Positions 1 to 10,789 of a stretch of 28,840 nt of DNA are shown here, piece after piece; the first letter of the stretch is position 1, and each line of letters starts with the position of its first letter. This DNA comes from Octopus sinensis. Its lineage: Eukaryota. Where the stretch lies: assembly GCF_006345805.1 (NCBI RefSeq), contig NW_021833486.1:1-28840 (forward strand). The letters run 5' to 3'. The position numbers were made by a program, and so were the translations under genes. The notes beneath the pieces were generated by a model. It searched no databases and was not told the origin of the DNA. It worked only from the letters and a program-made list of their open reading frames with translations.

Positions 1-141
1 TCGCCATTACCTTCTGCCGGAGCCGTGTGGAACTTAGGTGTTTTTCGCTCATAAACACGCACATCGCCCGGTCTGAGATTCGAACTCACGATCCCTCGAC
101 CGCGAGTCCGCTACTCTAACCATTAGGCCATATGCCTCCAC
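1..141 (-). mobile_element. tRNA-derived SINE, family A (tRNA-Arg-like head), 5' part; cut by window edge
   Basis: Reverse complement reads gtggaggcatatggcctaatggttagagtagcggactcgcggtcgagggatcgtgagttcgaatctc (A-box and B-box). Same head as the copies at 7357, 22178 and 25367. Confidence 0.85.
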
Positions 142-400
142 ATACAGCACCATTGGTAACAGAGGATTCCAACATCTGAGAGTGAATCATCAAATGAATT
201 TTGTTGATCCTATGACAGGAGCCCACACGAATACTGCCGAAAATTTGTGGATGAAGGAAAAGAAGAAGAACAAGAAGGAAAGTGGAACTTCACGTTCACT
301 CCTCGACACTTATTTGGTTGAGTTTATATGGAGACGAAAATATGTTAATGGTAATGTTTTCAACAAAATTAGTAAAAATTCAACAAAATTAGTAAAATTC
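142..400 (+). pseudogene. Merlin/IS1595 (ISXO2-like) DDE transposase C-terminal remnant
   Basis: Translation YSTIGNRGFQHLRVNHQMNFVDPMTGAHTNTAENLW...GTSRSLLDTYLVEFIWRRKY matches the recalled ISXO2-like motif VNHxxxFVDPxTGAHTxxIExLW...YLxEFxWR. The N-terminal part is cut off at the SINE. Confidence 0.8.
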
Positions 401-470
401 GTGAAGTTTACCCTAAGTAAATGATTAACTCATTAACCCACTGTCCCCGTTTATTTACTGCAATAAAGAT

Positions 471-552
471 TAACTGGATGCGTCAGTATGTTTTTTACCC
501 CTATTTATATAACTGGATGCTTCAGTATGTTTTTTATCCTTATCTATATAAC
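471..552. repeat. 39-bp tandem duplication
   Basis: taactggatgcgtcagtatgttttttacccctatttata is followed by a near-identical copy. Confidence 0.85.
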
Positions 553-1060
553 TATCTTCAAAATTTCGACAGAAATCGCAAAGGAATCCGAAAATTAAAA
601 AAAAAAAATAAGAAGTGGGGGTGATGGAAGTTGAGGGTGTAATTGAAATTTAAAAAAAAAATGATTTTATAAATCGTAATCTCCGATATCGAAGACAGGA
701 TTCTGAAAAAATTTTTTTAATAATTGAAGAAAAAAATTACTGGTTCAAAAGCACCCATTACCTCACCACTTTCAAAAAGCTACACACTCCCAACGTTACA
801 CTTTTAGCTTTGTGGAAAGCGGGGAAGTTTCTTCATAAATAATGTCGTTTGTCTGTTGTTTCTAGCATGTCAGATTTTCTGGTGGTGGTCTGGTATTTTT
901 AAAGTCTACTATTTCAGTAGAATTCCATGCATGCAGGAAGCATCAGACAAAAGTGAAAGATTAGGAGATTTTAGCCTTTTGAAGCGAGGTGAGGGATGAG
1001 GCATTGAGTGTTTCTTTAAGAAAAATTAAACTATAAAACATATATTTCCCAGACTCATAA

Positions 1061-1433
1061 TCTCTCTATTTTTCTATGTAGATAAAAATAACAAATAAAA
1101 AAAAATCGAAAAGAGTTACAAATTAAGGAATTACAGTAAAGATAGGGGGAAATTAAAATTTTGAAAATGTGATTTCTGGATAACATCGTATTAACCCCCT
1201 TTTTATATGATAAAACAATACAGAGAGGTTCTGATCCTTCTTAAGAACAGAAAGCACTTTCATGCAAGCCCATGAAAATTGCAACCCCCAACCTTCACTA
1301 TTAAACAAACAATAACTTCCATTATTTCATTAACTATATATCAGCTGTGCTGATTCTACCCATAAGAAAGGAGTAAATAATACAATGTACTTGTACGTCA
1401 TAACACCCGGGCAATGCCGGAATACATTGCTAG
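1061..1433 (+). mobile_element. Short non-autonomous Helitron-like element
   Basis: A|TC 5' end at 1061 (tctctctat, like the 5' end of 18914-19302). GC hairpin ccgg-gcaatg-ccgg about 10 nt before CTAG|T at 1430-1434. Confidence 0.55.
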
Positions 1434-1649
1434 TGTGTGTGTGTGTGTGTGTGCGTAACTGCAATGCTATGATACTTAGTCATTGTTAGTTCATGTTAAA
1501 CGCAACAGTATAGTTAGATATTCGCAACTGCACAACGTACCGCAGCAATTTAAGTTATAAATATATGAAAGTGCCATCAGCAAACCTGTTGCGCTATTAT
1601 TTGTACCGTATTTGTAATTAATTTACTCATTTACCAACTATAATTCCGT

Positions 1650-2400
1650 AGAAACATCCCGCTCCTTTCTCACCGATTGTCATTAATCCCCATGGATTAA
1701 AATCCTAGTTATTTGCCCCTCTGGAGCAACGTCATCTGTGACTGTACAATGTGATGCGCGGATGACATTCTCTGCCGTACAAACCACATTTGTGAGCGGT
1801 TTCCTTGCTCCTTCATTGATGGTGTTCTTTTCTATGTATCCGCCTTTTCTCCGCCGTATTCATCAGTCTCTGCAGTACTGGGCGTTCGATGGGAGCCAAG
1901 CCAGGGATGCAGAATATTCCGGACAAGTTATTGCCGATGAAGCATGTTCTCCCTCTTCATATCATTGCGAGACCCAAAGGAACAACACAGCCGTTACAAT
2001 TTGGTATCAACGTTGTCGCAAAAATTGCCAGAAGGAAATTGTAGACAACATCGCAATGCTTCAGGGGCTCCAACTCCAGATTTTTTGTTCAGGGTTTACA
2101 TCCGAAGCCTTCGCTATGATCAGATATGCCTGTACGACAGTAGAACCGCTTCTAAGGCACTACTGTACCCCAGCTTACTCTGATCCAGAGTAATAGCACC
2201 GCACCTGTCAAGTTCCCACCTATGATTTAATTAGTAAGTCAGTCAGGCAGATGGAGCTCATTAACCTGCTGTAGTGGGAATGGGGCAATCCTCCTAGGGG
2301 AAGAAAAGTCCTGATTCCAAATTGTAAACTGCCACTGTGGAAATAACTGCACAAATATAGTGTCACCTTTTCGCTGCAAACTTCTCCCTTGCGCCGCTAC
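1650..2400 (-). mobile_element. RTE-clade LINE derivative, apparently internally deleted (5' UTR-like part joined to the 3' end)
   Basis: Minus strand near 1720-1810 encodes HKCGLYGRECHPRITLYSHR*RCS, a decayed RTE C-terminal zinc-finger motif, followed by a short 3' UTR. The upstream part resembles RTE 5' UTRs as I recall them, and no RT motif is visible. Confidence 0.55.
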
Positions 2401-2517
2401 AGCAATTAATGCAAGATTTCTTTACCAACTGCACTTTGGTAGTGATAGCTTCGGAAGTGCACTGTCTACTGCATCAATGTAGTTGCATGCACATAGCAGT
2501 AGAGTTAGCTGCAGAAA

Positions 2518-2733
2518 GAGCGGCGAGCTGGCAGAATCGGTAGCACACCGGGTAAAATGCTTAGCGGCATTTCGTCCGTCTTTAAGTTCTAAGTTCAAAT
2601 TCCGCTGGTATCGACTTTGCCTTTCATCCTTCAGGATCGATAAAATAAGTACCAGTTGAACTCCGGGGTTGATTTAATCAACTTAATCCTCCCTCGAAAA
2701 TGCTGACCTTGTACCAGAATTTGAAATTAATAA
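2518..2733 (+). mobile_element. tRNA-derived SINE, family C (Nin/Deu-like central domain), alternative 3' tail
   Basis: Head cggcgagctggcagaatcggtagcac and core gactttgcctttcatccttcaggatcgataaaataagtaccag. Imperfect 15-bp TSD agttagctgcagaaa (2503-2517) / agctagctgcaaaaa (2734-2748). Confidence 0.8.
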
Positions 2734-3164
2734 AGCTAGCTGCAAAAATCTAGATAGTGATTTAATGGTTGTGTCTCAGAATGGCTATAGTTTTGGGACT
2801 GGAACCCGTAAAGGAGTAAAGGTGCACAGTCAGTTGCACCCCCGTTGTTATAGCTGCATAACTCCACATTCACTGACATCACTATAATCATGGGCGAATA
2901 ACTCTGCAGTTAATTGCATCGCTGTAGTTATAGCAGCACAAATAGACATTCGGCTGCAACAAGTTATAGCTGTGGAACTGTAGAGCTGTAGAAAATAGTT
3001 GCATAACTGCAGTGTTAGCTGCACGTTTTTGTACTGCTCTTTGCACATATATAATAATTGATAAATTCCTCTAACATCCATTGCATCACTGCAGAAATAG
3101 ATGCATAACTTTACTTTCAACTCCACATTTTCGAATATAATTAGATAATGTGCCCCCAAACCCG

Positions 3165-3600
3165 AATTTTTCTCATAACTTTCAGAAAACGGGTATTTTT
3201 AATTGGCATTTCGTACAAATACCTTTTAAATGATGTAGATTCCGATGATATCAGAATGTTTTGTGAAAAATTTTTCGGGGATGGAGATATGAGGGAAGAT
3301 TTTTTTGTATAATTCACACGAATCGAATTTGTTACACCACAACTTTCGGAAAATTGTCTATTTTTTAATGAAATTTTCTACAAAAACCTTTTAAATGGAG
3401 TAGATTACAATTATCTCGAGATCTGTAGTGAAAAGTTTTGCAGATGAGAGGAGAGGAGTTTCGGATGGTTCACATGTGTCGATTTTGTTTCCTCATAACT
3501 TTCAGAAATATGTGTAGTTTTTAATGAAATTCTCTACAAATACCTTTAAGATAGTGTAGATATATTACACATCGGAATTTGTTGTTGTGGAAATATTTTT
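3165..3600. repeat. Degenerate ~160-bp tandem repeat (about 2.7 copies)
   Basis: cataactttcagaaa-like anchors at 3174, 3338 and 3494, each followed by ttttaat...tacaaa(t/a)acctttt...gtagat. Confidence 0.7.
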
Positions 3601-3639
3601 GGGATTGTGCTGTTGGGGATAACAGATTCTATTATACAT

Positions 3640-3645
3640 GTATAT

Positions 3646-3676
<31 letters not shown>

Positions 3677-3686
3677 ATATATATAT

Positions 3687-3717
<31 letters not shown>

Positions 3718-3725
3718 ACACACAC

Positions 3726-3758
<33 letters not shown>

Positions 3759-3895
3759 GTATATATATATATACACATATATATATGCATACATACATAC
3801 ATACATGCATACATACATACAAATATATATATATATACATATATATGTGTATATTTATACATATATATGTATACATATCATATGTATATATGTAT

Positions 3896-3926
<31 letters not shown>

Positions 3927-3945
3927 GTATAACACACACATATAT
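3640..3945. repeat. Compound (TA)n/(TACA)n microsatellite
   Basis: Direct inspection. Confidence 0.95.
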
Positions 3946-4145
3946 CTGTGTGTGTCCTTGTGGTTGTTCCGTACCACTGCTTGACAACCGGTGATGGTGT
4001 TTATGCCCCCGTAACTTAACGGTTCGGCAAAAAAGACCGATAGAATAAGCACTGGGATCGATTCATTCGACATAAAACTCTCCAAGGCAGTGCCCCAGCC
4101 TGGCCGGAGTCTACTGACTGAAGCGAGATGAATGATAAAAACAAA
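3946..4145 (+). mobile_element. SINE family B, degenerate 3' half
   Basis: gcttgacaaccggtgatggtgtttatgcccccgtaacttaacggttcggcaaaaaagaccgatagaataag matches the 3' half of the copy at 4935-5336. Confidence 0.75.
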
Positions 4146-4689
4146 TGACAAATATCGTTTATCCGAACGATATGAGGAAATAAAGACTACAGGGGACACA
4201 CACGTGTAGCTAGGTCCCTTGTTACATTAGCACCTCTCCACTTTTCATATTTACATTCATTGAAAAATTCTACCTTGTTCACAATGCGTCGCTACAGAAA
4301 CAGTTCTGCTAGCTGCTCGTATTTTTTACTGCTTTTTCCGCCATCTTTGGCCACTGACTTTATTTTTCAGCATAACTAATCCATAGCAACAGCACCAACA
4401 ACAACAATGAAAACATACACAAAATCTGTGGCATTATGTTAATAATAGTGTCCGGTCGACCTCGTTAATTCCCTGCGACAATAACGACGACCAACGACGA
4501 CAATGAAACCCGCCTCAGCAGCGTTTGTACTCTTAGAATTTATGACATTGCCGTGTCAACCCCGTTCAATGACTTCAAGAAAAATATCAACAATATAACA
4601 CCAGATACAACAGCGACAGCAACAACAGGTATTGCAAAATCTATGCCATTAAATCAGTGACCTTCACCTGTCGGCCTTCACGACAATAA

Positions 4690-4862
4690 CAGCAACAACA
4701 ATGATACTAAAACAAAAACAACTACAACTGCGAAAAAACAACAGCAGAAATAAAGACGAAAATGACGAGAACAGCCATAAGAACAACGACAACAACAATA
4801 ACCTCAATGAAAGCAACAACAGTAACAATAACAACAGCCACAACAACAACAACAACAACAAG
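4690..4862. repeat. Degenerate (AAC)n microsatellite
   Basis: Direct inspection. Confidence 0.9.
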
Positions 4863-4934
4863 TCTTTCTTGTTTTCGTTTTATCAAATATATCCCTGTTC
4901 ATATTTTGAATAAAATCTACAAATAGATACGGGT

Positions 4935-5336
4935 AGGAGTGGCTGTGTGGTAAGTAGCTTGTTTGCCAACCACATGGTTCCGGGTTCAGTCCCACTGCGT
5001 GGCACCTTGGGCAAGTGTCTTCTATTACAGCCTCAGGCCGACCAAAGCCTTGTGAGTGGATTTGGTAGACGGAAACTGAAAGAAGCCCGTCGTATGTATG
5101 TATATATGTATGTGTGTGTATATGTTTGTGTGTCTGTGTTTGTCCCCCCCAACATCGCTTGACAACCGATGCTGGTGTGTTTACGTCCCCGTAACGTAGC
5201 AGTTCGGTAAAAGAAGCCGATTGAATAAGTACTGGGCTTACAAAGAATAAGTCCTAGGGTCGATTTGCTCGACTAAAGGCAATGCTCCAGCATGGCCGCA
5301 GTCAAATGACTGAAACAAGTAAAAGAGTAAAAGAGT
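4935..5336 (+). mobile_element. Full-length tRNA-derived SINE, family B, with internal microsatellite
   Basis: Head gtggctgtgtggtaag...gggttcagtccc and (aaagagt) tail. Perfect 12-bp TSD atagatacgggt at 4923-4934 and 5337-5348. Confidence 0.9.
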
Positions 5337-5853
5337 ATAGATACGGGTGGCAAACACACCACCACCACCAACAACAGCAAGAAAAACAGCAACAACAAGA
5401 ACAATAACAGCACCAGCATTGTCTTGTCTGTCCCTTTAATACATTACTGCTCCCTTCGATCTTATTTCCGCCTACTTCTTGGACGCAGACCGAAGTGAAA
5501 GATAAAACTCAATGTTCTTTCTGACCAGAAGAAAGAAGAAAAACAAATATAGAAAGAAAAGGTTCTACTGTAACCAATTAATTCAGACTCGAAGCCTCGA
5601 GTTATTTCACAGGACAAGCAAAATAAAAAAAGATAAAATTTGTCTTTGGATGGAGGATGGTTGGATATTAGTTTTCTGGTCTGAACTTTTGGACGGTGTT
5701 GGCGGAAACAACAGTGGCGTCGCGTTGGCGGTGGACGGTATGATGGTGGTGGCGATGGTAGTGGCTACAATGTAAGTGGCTGCCGGAACAAACATGGCGA
5801 ACATTGTAAAATTTTAAGGTGTGCTAAGCGGGAAATACACACACACACCATAC

Positions 5854-5923
<70 letters not shown>

Positions 5924-5947
5924 TATAATATATATATAATATAATAT

Positions 5948-6233
5948 ATGACAACCACCGTTATATATATTTTGTTTATTCATTACTGTTTTCAATTTCG
6001 TTTTCGTCTCTTGTATTCACATCCGTCTTGTGCGTTCACATTCCTGTCTTCTACCAAGAAATCTAATGCTTACAGCTTAGTTTTTTTTTTGGGCTGGCCG
6101 AGTTGGAGCAAATATCAGAATTGACAGCCGAAATTTGCTATGATGATTCGGTGTCTGACTGAAGATTGAAGGCTTCGAATGATTTGTCTGTTCCTGTATT
6201 TCACGTTCATTATATATAAAAACATTCATTCTT
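5948..6233. mobile_element. Dispersed ~290-bp repeat embedded in (TA)n; possibly Penelope-like terminal fragment
   Basis: Closely similar second copy at 24636-24941, and both are flanked by TA tracts. The class assignment is weak. Confidence 0.55.
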
Positions 6234-6266
<33 letters not shown>

Positions 6267-6689
6267 CTATATATATATCTATCTATATATATAGAATATA
6301 TATACATACCTACATATATATATATATCTATTATATATATATATATCTATATATACATATATATATTTATGTATCTATGTACGTACGCATGTATAAATTT
6401 CCCGCAAATAAATGCCGTCTGTTGATTTAATTAAGCCAGTGAAGAAATAGTAGCGGAACTTAGGAAATAGTGGTTTGTGTACATATGTGTATGTGTGTGT
6501 GTGTGTGAGAGAGAGAGAGGAGGAGGAGAGAGGGTGGGTGGGTGGGGAGTATCAGCTTACAAGATAGAAGTTTCCAATATAAATAAATAAACAAGTAAAT
6601 TGAAAACAAATATGTCATATAGGATATCCAAAAATAACCGGTCCGATTGCTGAGGTTATTGTGTTATGGTGTTATAAGTGTGCGTTTTT

Positions 6690-7204
6690 GTCTGCAGCTA
6701 CGTTCTGAGTTTAAATTCCAACGAGGTCGACTTTGCCTTTCATCCTTTCGGCGTCGATTAAATAAGTACCAGTTATGCACTGGAGCCGATGTAATCGACT
6801 TAATCCGTTTGTCTGTCCTTGTTTGTCCCCTCTGTGTTTAGCCCCTTGTGGGCAGTAAAGAAATAGGTATTTCGTCTGCCGTTACGTTCTGAGTTCAAAT
6901 TCCGCTGAGGTCGACTTTGCCTTTCATCCTTTCGGCGTCGATAAATTAAATACCAGTTACACACTGGGGTCGATGTAATCGGCTTAATTCCTATGTCTGT
7001 CCTTGTTTGACCTCACTGTGTTTTAGCCCCTTGTGGGTAGTAAAGAAATAGGTATTTTGTCTGCCGTTACGATCTGAGTTCATCCTTTCGGCGTCGATAA
7101 ATTAAGTACCAGTTACGCACTGGGGTGATATAATAGACTTAATCCGTTTGTCTGTCCTTGTTTGTCCACTCTGTGTTTAGCCCCTTGTGGGTAGTAAAGA
7201 AATA
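6690..7204 (+). mobile_element. 5'-truncated head-to-tail trimer of SINE family C
   Basis: Three units of about 185 bp, the third with an internal deletion of about 30 bp. Perfect 22-bp TSD ggtgttataagtgtgcgttttt at 6668-6689 and 7205-7226. Confidence 0.85.
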
Positions 7205-7356
7205 GGTGTTATAAGTGTGCGTTTTTCTTGTGTTTAAGGGGATTGGTTTTCGGCTCATGATCAAAAATAATGTGGTGGGTTTGATTCTTGTACGGGGCAA
7301 CACGTTTGTGCTCATTAACAAGGCACCATATTCCATGCTGGTCCAATATACTCAGT

Positions 7357-7655
7357 GTGGAGGCACATGGCCTAGTGGTTAGAGCAGCGGACTCACGGCC
7401 GAGGGATCGCGGGTTCGAATCTCAGACCGGGCGATGTGTGTGTTTATGAGCGAAACACCTAAGCAGCTCTGGCAGAAGGTAATGGCGAACCTTCTGCTGA
7501 TCCTTTCGCCACAACTTTCTCTCACTTTTTCTTCCTGCATCTTGCAGCTCACCTGCGACGGACTGGCGTCCCGTCCAGGTGGGGAACCTATACGCCAAGA
7601 AACCGGGAAACCGGTCCTTATGAGCCAGGCATGGCTCGAGAAGGAACAAACAAAA
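7357..7655 (+). mobile_element. SINE family A, tail type 1 (V-domain-like ctgcgacggactggcgtcccgtccagg)
   Basis: tRNA-like head. Perfect 13-bp TSD caatatactcagt at 7344-7356 and 7656-7668. Confidence 0.9.
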
Positions 7656-7792
7656 CAATATACTCAGTTGTAAAAGAGAACCATCCGCTAACTGTTGCAG
7701 CCTCTCCCTTGCCGTCATTCCTTCGATCTGTCAATTCTCGGCTGGTCTGTCGAACGGAGGGTAGGAATACTGGGTAGGTATCTATGTCTGAG

Positions 7793-8213
7793 GGCGGTGA
7801 GCTGGCAGAAACGTTAGCACGCTGGGCGAAATGCGTAGCCGTATTTCGTCTGCCGTTACGTTCCGAGTTCAAATTCCGCCGAGGTCGATTTTGCCTTTCA
7901 TCCTTTCGGGGTCGATTAAATTAAGTACCAGTTACGCACTGGGGTCGATATAATCGACTTAATCCGTTTGTCTGTCCTTGTTTGTCCTCTCTGTGTTTAG
8001 TCCCTTGTGGGTAGTAAAGAAATAGGTATTTCATCTGCCGTTACGTTCTGAATTCAAATTCCGCCGATGTCGACTTTGCCTTTCATCCTTTCGGGGTCGA
8101 TTAAGTAAGTACCTGTTACGCACTGGGGTCGATATAATCGACTTAATCCGTTTGTCTGTCCTTGTTTGCCCTCTCTGTGTTTATCCCCTTGTGGGTAGTA
8201 AAGAAATAGGTAT
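7793..8213 (+). mobile_element. SINE family C with full head plus one tandem ~185-bp unit (dimer)
   Basis: Head ggcggtgagctggcagaaacgttagc. Internal junction aaataggtat|ttcatctgccg is at the same point as in the 6.7-kb trimer. Confidence 0.85.
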
Positions 8214-8934
8214 GTTATGACAGCTCACGACCAGACAAACTCCTAAAATAACCCTGTGTAACACGATTTTTGTTCTTGGGTAGCAAATGTAATTTCCTAT
8301 TTGCTTACCTCTAGGAATTATGAACAATCGCTAATATTACCTACAAAATTTGCTTGTCTTACATTTATTCAAACTCTAAAGAACGCCTACCAACATATGA
8401 TTATGATAGTCCCTTACTACTCGTGTTCGTGATCAAAGATGCACATATTGTCGGCCGGGAAGGGACAGGCTTAAATGGTTAAGGTCAAGCAACTGACAAG
8501 CAAATCTGTGGTTTTCAGCAGAATATTTGCTGTAACGATATTTTTTATTTCAGCAACTCAATGCTGAATATGCGTGAAATGTAATGGGAAATAGGTCAGT
8601 TTCGAAACATTGATGTCAGGTGACAAAAAAAGCTATGTTTGAAGGGAATAATAGTGATTTCCTTTGATTTCTATATAGAAAAAAATAGAAAATAACACTT
8701 ACTGACCAAAGACGCAGAAAAGAAAAACGTTGTTACTCAGTGTAATTTACAAAAGTACGGTACCTGTTCCCAAGAACAAACCATACATGCAGATGGTGGG
8801 GAGGACGAGATGTGCAGACGGGGCTCAGAGGTTAAGAATTTAGCTTCTACACTTTTTGGTTTACCAAATCCACTCATAAGACACTGGTCGGTTAAAAAGT
8901 TTTGGTCGAACTCACTTGCCTGAAATGCCAAGCA

Positions 8935-9370
8935 GCCGGCCGGATTGAACCAGAAAGCTCGTTATTGCGAGGTGAAATTTTTATCCACGCAGACAAGTGA
9001 AGTCTGTGCTTAGCAAGTAGAATGCATAATATTACATCAAAATGACGATAAAAGCATTCTAACAAAAGGAAAAAAAAATAAAGAAGAAAAATTAAGGCGT
9101 TGGTCCGTGGGATTGAACCCGAAAATTAGTGTTTAGGGAAACGAAATTGTTAAGAACAGAGCCATGACAGAAAATATCGAGGAAAGGATATAACATTACA
9201 TCAAAATGAGGTGAAAAACATTCTAAAAAGAAATAAAAATCACCTATACTGCTGCTGTGTGGGATTGAACTTAAAACTAGTAATTAGCAAAGCGAAAATG
9301 TTAAGCACACAACCATGAATGCGAATATCGAGTAAAACGCATAACATTACATCAAAATGGTGACAAAACA
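8935..9370 (-). repeat. Tandem ~150-170-bp units, each with a degenerate tRNA-like (SINE B-like) head
   Basis: ggattgaac (reverse B-box) near 8943, 9110 and 9263; attacatcaaaatg at 9031, 9195 and 9346. Confidence 0.6.
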
Positions 9371-9656
9371 TTTTACCCACTTGCCCGTGACTGCGTTTAT
9401 CAAAGAAAGTGCATAATACAACAATCACCTGTTATTCTCTTTGCACAGCAGTACATACATACATTCGATGACTACAGATTCAATCAATCCCTGGAATTGT
9501 AAAAATCTGTAAAACTTTCCAGAAGTTTATCATTTAAATATATATGAGCATGTTTAGACATGCAACTATATGCATGAGAATATGTACATACATAAAACAA
9601 AACACTCAAATCTACACATACATACATACATACATACATACATACATACATACATA

Positions 9657-10027
9657 ATGGCTGCCCCCTCGTTATCGAGTATGACCATTGCACGAAGCTT
9701 AACTGTTATTGGTGGTGTGATCGAATGTGACTTTTTAGCCCAGCTAAAGTTCTACAATGTCTTGTACAAAATTGGCAACTAAAACCTTCACTGGTAATAG
9801 CCGGCTGTAGTTGTAACTGGGCTTCATGTACCTTTACTTGTCGTTTAAGTCCTCCTGCCGAATTACACTCTCTTCCACATGCCCAACAGATATGATTAGT
9901 ATGGTGTGTTACACCACCACCAGTGACCAGGTTGTCACTCATCTGTCTCGCTTTATGACTACGGGGATGACTCTTGAGTCCAGCTTTACTGAGGCAGGGT
10001 CTTGCACAGACACTGCATGTCAGCATC
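9657..10027 (-). mobile_element. RTE-like LINE 3' end encoding three tandem C2H2-type zinc fingers
   Basis: CSVC-x12-HPRSH, CWAC-x12-QVKVH and CQFC-x12-HIRSH in one open frame, then a short 3' UTR ending cagccat, inside (TATG)n. Confidence 0.65.
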
Positions 10028-10233
10028 ATACATACATACACGCATACATACATAACACAAAATGATGGTTAAAATAAGATACTGCCCTTTACAATCGTGC
10101 TGCCAAGTCAATCTTGCTATCAGTCAAAATTTACTCCAACTTAAAAAAATGAGAAAAAGAGATTACACACACACACACTCACACGCGCGCGTACACATAA
10201 GTATAGAGAGACAGAGATATGTGTGTGCGTGTT

Positions 10234-10283
<50 letters not shown>

Positions 10284-10292
10284 CGTATATAT

Positions 10293-10343
<51 letters not shown>

Positions 10344-10789
10344 TACACAACACACACAAACTCAAAGTGTGTCCATATGACATATTTAAGAAACACCCAA
10401 ATCTGAACAATAGTCGCATGACTTTTCTGATCTCATTTAAAACATATCGGAGGTATAACGATTACACGCCAAAAGGAAGCACAGAGCAATTCTACACGAG
10501 GGCGAGATCACAAGTTGTTCTCATTTAACAACACCAGGATAATGCAGTCACTCAAGTTATGGAGGAAGTGTATTCAGCACGCAACAATGGCGGTAAAACT
10601 ATCTGATATCATATAACAGCTTTAAAAGGATAGTTATTACATACAGACATGCATACACACATATACACACACCTGCACAGACACACACATACACGTGAGG
10701 TGTACTTTATTTAGGAGAGGCAGTTCTAATTGTAGATTATTGTAATTTTAGTATATCATTTAGTATATCATTACCACGCGTTTAAATAT

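Noticed and set aside
6125-6195. Hammerhead in the 5948/24636 repeat family (ctgaagattgaaggcttcgaat)
   Set aside because: Both copies read GAAT rather than GAAA and stem I does not pair. It may be an ancient remnant but is not supportable.
7357-7435. Functional tRNA genes at the SINE A heads
   Set aside because: No closed acceptor stem, and the sequence continues into SINE body with TSDs.
6690-8213. CRISPR-like array
   Set aside because: The units are ~185-bp SINE bodies with no unique spacers, and there are no cas genes.
10480-10610. Possible further mariner end (tacacgagggc..., KLWRKCIQ)
   Set aside because: The similarity is too short and degenerate to support.
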